IMG/VR virus record: IMGVR_UViG_3300044652_000025
Coordinates: 1-64,000 of that record
DNA: 64,000 nt
From: a virus
Lineage: Duplodnaviria > Caudoviricetes
Direction: 5' to 3' (one strand)
The position numbers and the translations under genes are program-made. Below, piece after piece: positions 43,048 to 50,594 of the stretch. The notes under the pieces are model-generated. The model had not been told where the DNA came from, ran no database searches, and saw only the letters and a program-made list of their open reading frames with translations. Within the stretch, counting starts at the first letter, position 1. The number at the start of each line of letters is the position of its first letter.

Positions 43048-43229
43048 TCCCAGACGCCGTAGGTGGCGTAGAAGGCGGTGCTGCCGCGCTCGCCGCCCAT
43101 CCAGGCGTAGAACCCCGGGATGTGGCCGTAGTGCTCGTTGGCGGCGACGTAGGCGTCGATCGGGGTCTCGGCCTCGACTGTGAAGGTCACCGGCCCGTTG
43201 GCCTCCAGCCGGAACGTGTAGGTGGTCAT
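43044..43229 (-). CDS. Hypothetical protein (61 aa)
   Basis: ATGA-coupled; ends FYATYGVWD. Confidence 0.55.
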   Translation of the reverse strand: MTTYTFRLEANGPVTFTVEAETPIDAYVAANEHYGHIPGFYAWMGGERGSTAFYATYGVWD

Positions 43230-43573
43230 CGATCCATCTCCTCCTTGCGCTCGATGGCGCAACGCTCGTACTCACTGGCGTTCCGCCAGGACAGGATCCC
43301 GGCCCAGTGACCGGGGCAGGCACCCTCACCGGCCTTGACCAGGCAGCCGCAGCGGCCGTCGGTCGGGCCGTCCTCGGTCCAGATCTCCACGATCTCCCCG
43401 CAGAGCACCGGGACGGAGTGGCCGCCCTTCGGACCGGTCACGTAGGCGTAGCCGCGGGGGCTGGCGTGGGCGAGCATCCCGGCCTCAAGGGCCGTCCCGA
43501 GGTGGTCGACCAGGACGCCGGTGCGCCATGAGGAGCCGTAGGCGCCGGTGAAGTCGTCGAGGGTCTTGGTCAT
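43226..43573 (-). CDS. Cys-containing hypothetical protein (115 aa)
   Basis: AAAGGAG SD. Confidence 0.55.
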   Translation of the reverse strand: MTKTLDDFTGAYGSSWRTGVLVDHLGTALEAGMLAHASPRGYAYVTGPKGGHSVPVLCGEIVEIWTEDGPTDGRCGCLVKAGEGACPGHWAGILSWRNASEYERCAIERKEEMDR

Positions 43574-43726
43574 CGGAACGACGCTCCTTTGCAGCGGGGG
43601 AGGTGGCGGGCGGCCTCGGCGGCGGCCTTCTCGGCCCTGGCGTTGGCGGTGGTCCGCCATCCGCACTTCGGGCAGCTGACTCGCTCCATCGGTCCTTCCT
43701 GGGGGAGGCACTCCCTCCCTCCACTC

Positions 43727-43755
43727 AATCTATACCCTCTAGGGATTCTTGTAAA
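43727..43755 (-). promoter_or_regulatory. Early promoter repeat TTTACA-17-TAGATT
   Basis: AGAATCCCTAGAGGGTA spacer. Confidence 0.8.
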
Positions 43756-43756
43756 C

Positions 43757-44110
43757 CTAGATGTCCCAGTAGAAGGCGTCCCGCAGGCCGTACTCGGTGT
43801 TGTACTTCCAGCCCATCTCGTCGCAGATCTCAGCCAGGCGCTGGGCCACCCAGCCGTCGGGCTCGGTGTCGTGAATCTCGTTGTGCTCCTCGGCCACGGC
43901 CTTGAGGATCGGCGAGGCCGCCTTGAGCAGCCCGGCCTTGTTGCGGATGGTCAGGTCGGTCTCCACCTTGGCCTTGATGGCGGCGATGGCGGCGCGCACC
44001 GCGTCGTCGCCCTCGGTGGTGTACATCGAGGGGTTGTTGCCATTGAGGAAGATGTCGTTCTTCTCCTCGTCGGTCAGGCTCTCGAACCAGGCCTCGTCCT
44101 TGTCGGGCAT
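43757..44110 (-). CDS. Hypothetical acidic protein (117 aa)
   Basis: GGAGGTG SD. Confidence 0.65.
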   Translation of the reverse strand: MPDKDEAWFESLTDEEKNDIFLNGNNPSMYTTEGDDAVRAAIAAIKAKVETDLTIRNKAGLLKAASPILKAVAEEHNEIHDTEPDGWVAQRLAEICDEMGWKYNTEYGLRDAFYWDI

Positions 44111-44111
44111 G

Positions 44112-44381
44112 TCAGTTCACCTCCGGGCAGCGGCACGTCGTCAGGTAGCCGAGGATCTCGTCGTCGTCGCAGTCGGCGACGCGAGCGATGAGGATGGGCT
44201 TGACCTTGTAGGTCGGGTGGGGCGACAGGGTCGAGCGCAGCGTGGTGCGCGCCGTGCCCCCGGTGCCCTCGGCGAGGATCTCCATGATCACCCCGGCGTG
44301 GACGTCGCCGACACAGGCCCGGAAGATGCCATAGCGGCCATTGTCGAAGTCACCACTGGCGAAGCGGGAGGGGGTGGACAT
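44112..44381 (-). CDS. Hypothetical protein (89 aa)
   Basis: AAAGGAGG SD. Confidence 0.55.
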   Translation of the reverse strand: MSTPSRFASGDFDNGRYGIFRACVGDVHAGVIMEILAEGTGGTARTTLRSTLSPHPTYKVKPILIARVADCDDDEILGYLTTCRCPEVN

Positions 44382-44523
44382 TGGGTGGCCTCCTTTAGTA
44401 GGGGCGGATGGTGGGCTTGAGCGGCGGCAGTTCCTTCGTCTTCTCGGCAGGCCGCGGCTTACGCACCCGGATCCGCACCTTGTTCATCGGAGTCCCTCCT
44501 GGCGGGGCCTCTCCCCACCAATG

Positions 44524-44552
44524 AGTTTATACCCTCACAAGAGTTCTTGAAA
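44524..44552 (-). promoter_or_regulatory. Early promoter repeat TTTCAA-17-TAAACT
   Basis: GAACTCTTGTGAGGGTA spacer. Confidence 0.75.
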
Positions 44553-44813
44553 CCGAGCCGGTGAGAGATGCTCGACGCGGGCGCCCAGCAAACCGGCGAC
44601 GCGCTCGGCGGTGGTGACCGATCGCTGCTGGCCCCAAGAGCAGCCGAAGGCGACCGTGGCCTCGGGATGATCCACCAGGTACGCCAGCGCGCGGCTGACC
44701 AGCGACCGGTACACCGGCCTCGGATGGTAGGGCTCCTCCAGCACCCGGCAGTCGACGACGAGGTCGGCCTCCGGCGGGCACTGGAGGTTGTAGGCGAAGG
44801 TCAGGATCCTCAC
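44535..44813 (-). CDS. RapZ C-terminal-domain-like protein (92 aa)
   Basis: ILTFAY...PPEADLVVDCRVLEEP...VAFGCSWGQQRSV..AE matches the RapZ-C pattern SFG...P..AD.V.D.R.L..P...GC.GG.HRSV. Confidence 0.7.
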   Translation of the reverse strand: MRILTFAYNLQCPPEADLVVDCRVLEEPYHPRPVYRSLVSRALAYLVDHPEATVAFGCSWGQQRSVTTAERVAGLLGARVEHLSPARFQELL

Positions 44814-44814
44814 G

Positions 44815-45114
44815 CTATTTGACGGCCATGATGCGGGCCGTGCGCTCCAGATCGGTCAAGCTCTGGCACTCGTTCTCCAGGGCGACGGCTTTGTGGAGGG
44901 CACGCTCAAACAGCGCGTCGGCGGCGGCCTGCGCTTCCGGCGTCGCGTGGTCTTTCACCCGGTCGTAGTTAGCGGCGCTGGCGTCGCTGTCGGCTTGGTG
45001 CATGGCGGCGCAGACGGCGGCCGCGGTCGGCTTGGGATGTCCACCGCACCCGGCGAGGAGGACCGCGGTGACGGCCAGGGCGGCTAGATAGCGGGTCATC
45101 CTGGATGCCATCAC
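44815..45114 (-). CDS. Putative lipoprotein (99 aa)
   Basis: Signal peptide with LLAGC lipobox. Confidence 0.6.
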   Translation of the reverse strand: MMASRMTRYLAALAVTAVLLAGCGGHPKPTAAAVCAAMHQADSDASAANYDRVKDHATPEAQAAADALFERALHKAVALENECQSLTDLERTARIMAVK

Positions 45115-45317
45115 GCAGCTTTCCTCTCTCGTTCGATGAAGTTGGCGACCCCGGCGAGGTCGCCGAAGTAGGTGTTGGGCCGACGGGGGTGACTGACCGT
45201 GAAACGGCCCTCCCGGTCGGTCTCGAAGACCTCGAAGCCGTCCTCGGTGACGTGGAACGGCTCCCGCCCGGCAGCGCGGCCGGTGGTGCTCCAGGGCTTG
45301 AGGGGATCGCCGGTCAT
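45111..45317 (-). CDS. Hypothetical protein (68 aa)
   Basis: Coupled. Confidence 0.5.
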   Translation of the reverse strand: MTGDPLKPWSTTGRAAGREPFHVTEDGFEVFETDREGRFTVSHPRRPNTYFGDLAGVANFIERERKAA

Positions 45318-45667
45318 GCGCGCTCCCCGTCGAACCTGCGTACCTTCCGCAGTTTCTCGATGAGCGTGGTCATGGCCCGGGTGAACGCCCTGGCATCGGC
45401 GCCGTCGTAGGGGTCGTCGAGCATGTGCTCAGACATGACGATGCCGTCTTCGCACTCCTCGATGAAGTCGGCCAGCAAATGCGCCGGGACTGACAGGACG
45501 CCTTCTCGGATCGTGACGCCGACAGCCTCCCAGTCTCCAGTCCCCTGGTCGTGGCCGGGGATTTCCTCGGGGAGTGGTTTGCCCAACATCCAGTCTGCGG
45601 CGTCGAGTTGTCGGGGGCCACGCAGTTTCAGTGTGACCACCTCTCGGGTTTCGGCGGGGGTGCTCAT
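45314..45667 (-). CDS. Hypothetical protein (117 aa)
   Basis: Coupled, GAGGAG SD. Confidence 0.55.
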   Translation of the reverse strand: MSTPAETREVVTLKLRGPRQLDAADWMLGKPLPEEIPGHDQGTGDWEAVGVTIREGVLSVPAHLLADFIEECEDGIVMSEHMLDDPYDGADARAFTRAMTTLIEKLRKVRRFDGERA

Positions 45668-45903
45668 CTCGATGTCTCCTCTCGCTTGGCCTTCTTCTCC
45701 AGGTACTCGGCCAGGTCGTTCTCGGCCCGCTTCAGGAGTGCCTGGCGCATCGGCAGGGTCTGCTTGGTGGTCTGCTCGATCTGGGCCTTGGTGGCGGGGA
45801 TCTCGCCCTCCTCGGCCATGTTCAGCCGGTGTTCCACCCAGGCCAGATCGGCCTTGGCTTTCTCGACGTTGGCCCGGAGTCTGTCTTCGAGGCTCATGGT
45901 CAT
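45664..45903 (-). CDS. Coiled-coil protein (~78 aa)
   Basis: Start re-assigned to MTMSLEDRL. Confidence 0.55.
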   Translation of the reverse strand: MTMSLEDRLRANVEKAKADLAWVEHRLNMAEEGEIPATKAQIEQTTKQTLPMRQALLKRAENDLAEYLEKKAKREETSR

Positions 45904-46160
45904 CACCAAGCGAAGGGGGCAGGGACCCCGTTGAGGGTGGCCTTGCGGCTCATGGTCGAGCCGTAGTAGCCGACCTGCTCCAGGCAGTCGTAGAAGAAGT
46001 GGGGCGTCGCCTCCTCGGCGTACTCCTCGGGAATGGCGGCCTCGAAGGTGACCGTGCGGCCCTTCTGGACGATGTTGGTCTTCCAATGGCCGGGCTCGGC
46101 GATCTTCTCGGCGTAGCGCTTGGCGTCGGCCACGGTGAGGAACTTGGCGGTGTAGGTCAT
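45903..46160 (-). CDS. Hypothetical protein (85 aa)
   Basis: Coupled. Confidence 0.6.
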   Translation of the reverse strand: MTYTAKFLTVADAKRYAEKIAEPGHWKTNIVQKGRTVTFEAAIPEEYAEEATPHFFYDCLEQVGYYGSTMSRKATLNGVPAPFAW

Positions 46161-46399
46161 CGGTAGTCCTTCCAGTCGCCGTCGCGGGTGTTGACGTAGT
46201 CGCAGCCCTTGCAGGTCCGGTACTCGGTCACCGCGGTCCAGCCGGTGCGGGTGATCTCGCCGTCGAACTCCATCTCGACGTCGACACCGTGTTCGACGGT
46301 CCAGTCATTCGGACCCGTCCTGAGGAAGAGCCCGCAGTTCTCGCAGTGGAAGCGGCCGGTGGCGGCGCTCCCGCCGTCGATGATGGCTCCGGGCTTCAC
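46157..46399 (-). CDS. Zn-ribbon protein (80 aa)
   Basis: CENCG...CKGCD; AAGGAG SD. Confidence 0.6.
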   Translation of the reverse strand: MKPGAIIDGGSAATGRFHCENCGLFLRTGPNDWTVEHGVDVEMEFDGEITRTGWTAVTEYRTCKGCDYVNTRDGDWKDYR

Positions 46400-46438
46400 G
46401 GCACTCCTTCCGGGGGAGACCTGCTCTCCCCTCCACCG

Positions 46439-46467
46439 TGTTTATACCCTAACAAGGATTGTTGAAA
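46439..46467 (-). promoter_or_regulatory. Early promoter repeat (TTTCAA variant)
   Basis: GTTTCAACAATCCTTGTTAGGGTATAAAC. Confidence 0.65.
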
Positions 46468-46480
46468 CAACCCTTGCGGT

Positions 46481-46680
46481 AGCTGAGACGACAGGAATGC
46501 CCGTTTGGTCCAGGGCGTATCCTGTGAGCAGGTGAAACGGATGTCGTCGGGCTAACGTTGACCGTTTCAAGTGATCGTGAGCCGGGTGGCCGACGTCGGA
46601 CGAGACGGATCCACCGGCTCCACAGCGGCAGTGCCCGGTCGGATCCCGGCGGCCAGCTACGGCTCCGACCGGCACTGCCC
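46481..46680. ncRNA. Candidate structured non-coding RNA (three consecutive stems)
   Basis: GACGACA/TGTCGTC with inner CCGTTT/AAACGG; GAGCCGG(G)TGG/CCACCGGCTC; GGCAGTGCC(C)GGTCGGA/TCCGACCGGCACTGCC; no convincing ORF. Confidence 0.4.
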
Positions 46681-46719
46681 CTCAAACTTACCTCGTCGCT
46701 CGACCGATCGAGGCGATAC

Positions 46720-47043
46720 TCAGGCGTCAGCCCAGTAAATCTGAAGCGGATCGCTGAACTCGCTGGTGGCACCCCAGTAGTAGTGAACGATCGTTTCCGG
46801 ATCGAGCCTCTCCGCGGTCCAGTCGAGGGGTCCGAGCTTGGCCTCGACGCGGTCCTTGGCCTCCTGGAGCGAGGGCGCCCGGGTGAAGGGCTTGCCGTCG
46901 ACCCAGACCTCGAAGGTCCGGCGGCTCCCGGCCTTGTCGGTGGCGATGACCGCGTCGTGCTCGGTCCAGAAGAGTCGGCCGTTCTGGTAGGGCCTCCACG
47001 AGGGGAGTGCGGTCTTCCTCCAGGCAGCCCGGAGGTGGTTCAC
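46720..47043 (-). CDS. Hypothetical protein (107 aa)
   Basis: GTGA-coupled. Confidence 0.55.
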   Translation of the reverse strand: MNHLRAAWRKTALPSWRPYQNGRLFWTEHDAVIATDKAGSRRTFEVWVDGKPFTRAPSLQEAKDRVEAKLGPLDWTAERLDPETIVHYYWGATSEFSDPLQIYWADA

Positions 47044-47351
47044 GTCTCGGGGTGGGCCAGGGTCATCGGCGGCGAGTCGTTGGGCCGGTTGGCCCACGCC
47101 TGCTCGGCCAGCTTCTGGATGAGACGCGGGTACTTACGGGTGACGCCCCAGGCGGGCTTGCCACCGGCCCGGACGTAGTGGTTGAGCAGGTCGTGGACGG
47201 CGTCGTGGGCCGTGCCGCAGAGCGGGACGATCTCGGGCTCGACCGGCTTGGCCCCCTGAGCCAGCCAGGACTGGGGGACGACGTGGTGGTGCTGGACGTA
47301 GGCGGGCCTCGGGGCGTGGTTCTTGACGCAGGCGCAGGTCTCGTCGGCCAT
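47040..47351 (-). CDS. Small HNH-like protein (103 aa)
   Basis: HHVVPQSW...IVPLCGTAHDAVH. Confidence 0.6.
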   Translation of the reverse strand: MADETCACVKNHAPRPAYVQHHHVVPQSWLAQGAKPVEPEIVPLCGTAHDAVHDLLNHYVRAGGKPAWGVTRKYPRLIQKLAEQAWANRPNDSPPMTLAHPET

Positions 47352-47354
47352 GGG

Positions 47355-47588
47355 CTACTCCTCGTACTCGACCAGGGACACGCCGGTGGGTTCGTGACCT
47401 CCGGCGGCCACGATCTGCTCGGCGGTGAGCCGGGCGCCAGCGGGGTCATCCGCAGGCCAGTCGACGAAGACCCGGCTGTAGCCGCCCTCGACCTCACCCT
47501 CCTTGAGGGTGTCCTTATCGACGGCCCACATCACATCGAAGACCCAGCGGGCCGCCGCCCTGCGCCACTGACTCCTGAGATGCTCCAT
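47355..47588 (-). CDS. Hypothetical protein (77 aa)
   Basis: Coupled. Confidence 0.5.
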   Translation of the reverse strand: MEHLRSQWRRAAARWVFDVMWAVDKDTLKEGEVEGGYSRVFVDWPADDPAGARLTAEQIVAAGGHEPTGVSLVEYEE

Positions 47589-47753
47589 CCCGCCTCACAC
47601 ATGGGCGACCCCGATCCCGGAGGATGGGGCGTCGCGTACGGCCGTGCGCGCCACCCGTTGACTCGACAGGATCGGGGTGCGTAGCCGATCCTTCCCGCTG
47701 GGTGATGCTCTCAACACTTTAAGTGGTCAAAGTGGGGACTGATGTTCCATCCC

Positions 47754-48176
47754 TTAGGGCCGTCTCCAGGCCCTCCAGGCAGCGATCAGCCGGTCCCGGA
47801 CCGTCGGACGGCTGATACGGATACGCGGCTGACCGTCGGGCAGGTACTCACCGCCGGGGCCGTAATGCCAGCAGCGATGGGCATCCGGCCAGTCGTCGTC
47901 ATCGGGGTCGTAGTCGTCGAAGTTCACCGTCCCGAGCCCGGGAAAGCCGTAACAGGCGTGCTGGTTGAACGCCACGACGGTGGCACCGTCCCGCATGGTC
48001 ACCGCGAAGCCGAGCGGGGTGTCGATCGGGCGTTCGTCGACCTCGACCTCGGGGGTGAAGAGCAGGACGACCTCAGCCACCAATTCGACGTTGCAGTGCG
48101 GACAGGCCCTGGTGATGGTGAAGGAGTAAGGCCCAGTATCGCTGTAGGGACCGAGCGGGATCCCGGCGACCTTCAC
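47754..48176 (-). CDS. Hypothetical protein (140 aa)
   Basis: Start re-assigned to GTG overlap; CPHC. Confidence 0.5.
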   Translation of the reverse strand: MKVAGIPLGPYSDTGPYSFTITRACPHCNVELVAEVVLLFTPEVEVDERPIDTPLGFAVTMRDGATVVAFNQHACYGFPGLGTVNFDDYDPDDDDWPDAHRCWHYGPGGEYLPDGQPRIRISRPTVRDRLIAAWRAWRRP

Positions 48177-48391
48177 CCGATGATGTCCTCGATGCGCTTG
48201 ACGAATTCGATTGGGGAGCAGTCGGCCTCGATGAGCACCGACTCCAGGCCGACCTCGACCGACAGGAGAGCGAAGCCCTTGTGCTCGGGGTGCTGGCACT
48301 CGGCGATCCGCACGATGTGGTCGAAGCGGATCCACTCCTGACAGCCAGTATCGCGGTTGGTGAAGCCGATAAGGATGGGCTGTTCGCTCAC
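48173..48391 (-). CDS. Hypothetical protein (72 aa)
   Basis: Coupled. Confidence 0.5.
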   Translation of the reverse strand: MSEQPILIGFTNRDTGCQEWIRFDHIVRIAECQHPEHKGFALLSVEVGLESVLIEADCSPIEFVKRIEDIIG

Positions 48392-48693
48392 GTCGTGGGC
48401 ACCGGGGCGGCGGCGTAGGGATAGTCGGCGATGTAGCGGGCGACGTCTTCCGGGGCGGCGCCGACCGCGAGGGCGACTTCCTGGCCGGTGTGCATGTCAC
48501 CGCCCGGATCGACGCGGGTCCAGGCCCAGCCCTTGGGGTCTCCGGCGTTGGACCAGACGACCGTGGAGCCGTCGACCAGGGAGACCTCGATCCCGGTGTA
48601 GGTGTCGTTGCTGACCACCCTGGCGCCGATGTCCCCCGCGGTCAGGAGATGGGCGACGGCCTGGTAGTGGGGCCGCTCGTAGAAGTGGGGCAT
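48388..48693 (-). CDS. Hypothetical protein (101 aa)
   Basis: Coupled. Confidence 0.55.
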   Translation of the reverse strand: MPHFYERPHYQAVAHLLTAGDIGARVVSNDTYTGIEVSLVDGSTVVWSNAGDPKGWAWTRVDPGGDMHTGQEVALAVGAAPEDVARYIADYPYAAAPVPTT

Positions 48694-49112
48694 CAGGCGC
48701 GCTCCTTCACCCTCTCGGCCTCGCGTTCGGCGAGGTACTCCGTGTACTCCTCATCCCACTTGTACGGTTTCTCGAAGTAGTACAGGAGGTTGTCGCAGTC
48801 CGTGATGTGGAAGTTCTCGACCAGCCAGGATCCCATCGACCAGACCTCATCGGGGTTCTCCCACCAGTGCTGTCCCGGCGGCAGGGCGCGGGCGCGTTCG
48901 TCGAGGGCCTTACGGGCACGGCTCTCCAGCTGGGAGACGTAGGCCTGGGTCCAGCCCAGGATCCCGGCCACCTCGACCTGAGAGCGGTAGCCGCCCTCTG
49001 GTCGGTCCCAGCCCAGCCGGAGCGCCACCACGGCCCGCTCCTTGGGGTCGAGCTTGGCCAGCTTGCCCTCCCGGGCCAGCCTGGCGAGTTGGTTGAGTTC
49101 AGTGTTGCTCAC
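48693..49112 (-). CDS. Sigma-70 region-4 HTH protein with acidic C-terminal module (139 aa)
   Basis: LAKLDPKERAVVALRLG...RSQVEVAGILGWTQAYVSQLESRARKAL. Confidence 0.75.
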   Translation of the reverse strand: MSNTELNQLARLAREGKLAKLDPKERAVVALRLGWDRPEGGYRSQVEVAGILGWTQAYVSQLESRARKALDERARALPPGQHWWENPDEVWSMGSWLVENFHITDCDNLLYYFEKPYKWDEEYTEYLAEREAERVKERA

Positions 49113-49176
49113 GACCTGTCGTCTCCATCCGTTCTGCGTTCTAACCAGTCCACGGCGTCCCTGATCGTGTGGTCGG

Positions 49177-49389
49177 TCACGCCGCGTCCTCGATCTGACG
49201 TAGACGCAACCCCAGCGATCGCACCTCGTTCAGGAACGACGCCTCCATGACGCGGATCCGGTCCCTGAACTCATCGGAAAAGGCCTCGACCCGACGGTCG
49301 AGTTGAGTGATCCGGCGGTCCTGCTGATCCAGCTTGCCCTCGACAGAGTCGAAGCGGGCCATGATCTCGGCGAACTGCTCCTCGCTCAC
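49177..49389 (-). CDS. Coiled-coil protein (70 aa)
   Basis: RFDSVEGKLDQQDRRITQLDRRV heptads. Confidence 0.55.
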   Translation of the reverse strand: MSEEQFAEIMARFDSVEGKLDQQDRRITQLDRRVEAFSDEFRDRIRVMEASFLNEVRSLGLRLRQIEDAA

Positions 49390-49658
49390 ACCGATACCTC
49401 GCAGCCCTCGCAGGCGCCCATGACGGTCTCGATCTCGCCGTGCTGGCGGAAGCGGTCGATGAGGATCTCGACAGCCCGGCCGACGGCCAGGAGCTTGGTC
49501 GCCGCGTCCTCGGCGTCGTCGAAGTGTCCGAAGCTGACCTCGACCGTGGCCTCGGCCTGGTCGCCGTAGCAGCAGGGGTTCTGGCGGTAGACGCGGAGGC
49601 CGTAGTAGGCGGGGTTGTCGGCGATATCCCGAGCCATCTGCTCGACTGCGTCGCTCAT
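49386..49658 (-). CDS. Hypothetical protein (90 aa)
   Basis: Start re-assigned to MSDAVEQ. Confidence 0.55.
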   Translation of the reverse strand: MSDAVEQMARDIADNPAYYGLRVYRQNPCCYGDQAEATVEVSFGHFDDAEDAATKLLAVGRAVEILIDRFRQHGEIETVMGACEGCEVSV

Positions 49659-50035
49659 TGTTCGATGATTCCTCTCACCTGGCGGGGTCGTTGAGAGGAT
49701 CATATCATGATCGCTTATGGTCTGCAACTTTTCTTAGCAGACATAGATGGCATTCGCACCACACCAGCCGTGGATCACATCGCTCGTGTTCCCCAGCCAC
49801 ACAGGCATCACACCAGCGCTTCCTCGGCTTCTGGTTCATCCACCGGAGCGTGCCATACCTCGCACCCACACCCCAGGGCTCGGCAACGGGTCTCGCCGTT
49901 CCCATGAAATGAGCGGGCGTGTCCACACTCGGTACAGCGCGGTTGCAGCTTGCGAGCCATCGCTTCTTCCTCTCGACTGCACTAAAGATCCTTGTAGATC
50001 AAAGTTTACCGGGTGTGTCGAGCCCCTAAACGCGG

Positions 50036-50079
50036 CTCAGCCCCACCAGACCGGTCGTGAGTCGTCTGGTGGGGCTGAG
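50036..50079. repeat. Perfect 16-bp inverted repeat (hairpin) in an intergenic region
   Basis: CTCAGCCCCACCAGAC-12nt-GTCTGGTGGGGCTGAG. Confidence 0.85.
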
Positions 50080-50181
50080 AGAGAGGAACCCGATGCCCCA
50101 GGATGCACCTCGGAAAGCTGTCCTAGACCCCGCCAGAGATCAAGGACGGGTGCGTTGGATCGAGAGCCACTCGCTAGGGAC

Positions 50182-50210
50182 ACGATAAAGGTAGGCGCAA
50201 GGGTTTTCAA
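50182..50210 (-). promoter_or_regulatory. SigA-type promoter TTGAAA-17-TATCGT
   Basis: Read from sequence; points into the non-coding hairpin region. Confidence 0.5.
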
Positions 50211-50231
50211 GCTGGGACTTGACAAGGGGCA

Positions 50232-50594
50232 CTATGTCCCAAGCTCTTCCTCGACTCCCGTCGCCTTCCGGAGTGCGGCGATCTCTTCGGCCGTACCCTC
50301 GAACTCCTCCAGGACGTCGGCTAGGGCCTCAGTCATGGCGTTCAATTTGATGTGGACCGCGTCCTCGAAACGCTGAGAGGAGTTCTGGAGCAGGGCTACC
50401 ATGAGGAAGGTGATGATAGTGGTGAGGGTGTTGATGATCAGCTGCCAGGTGTCGACCGTCAGGCCCAGGAAGATGGTCGGCGCCCAGAGGACCACCAGCG
50501 CACAGCAGGCGGCGAAGAACCACGCCCGGCTGGCCTCTCGGCTGGCCACCTCGGCGAAGCCGTCGAAGACACCGCGCTTCTTGGCCTCAGGCAT
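50232..50594 (-). CDS. Low-affinity iron permease family protein (120 aa)
   Basis: F..FAE.AS......WFF......V.LW...DTWQLIINTLTTIITFLMVALLQN..QR....VHIKLN signature. Confidence 0.8.
   Translation of the reverse strand: MPEAKKRGVFDGFAEVASREASRAWFFAACCALVVLWAPTIFLGLTVDTWQLIINTLTTIITFLMVALLQNSSQRFEDAVHIKLNAMTEALADVLEEFEGTAEEIAALRKATGVEEELGT

Larger units (their letters stand above)
42094..43070. repeat. 27-bp direct repeat (42094-42120 and 43044-43070) flanking an insertion
   Basis: CTAATCCCAGACGCCGTAGGTGGCGTA exact at both sites. Confidence 0.85.

Noticed and set aside
46495-46545. Hammerhead ribozyme
   Set aside because: GAAA and stems are present but there is no CUGANGA core
47590-47745. tRNA or ncRNA in an intergenic gap with a 10-bp inverted repeat (47608-47617/47669-47678)
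   Set aside because: No cloverleaf or T-loop; one stem is insufficient evidence
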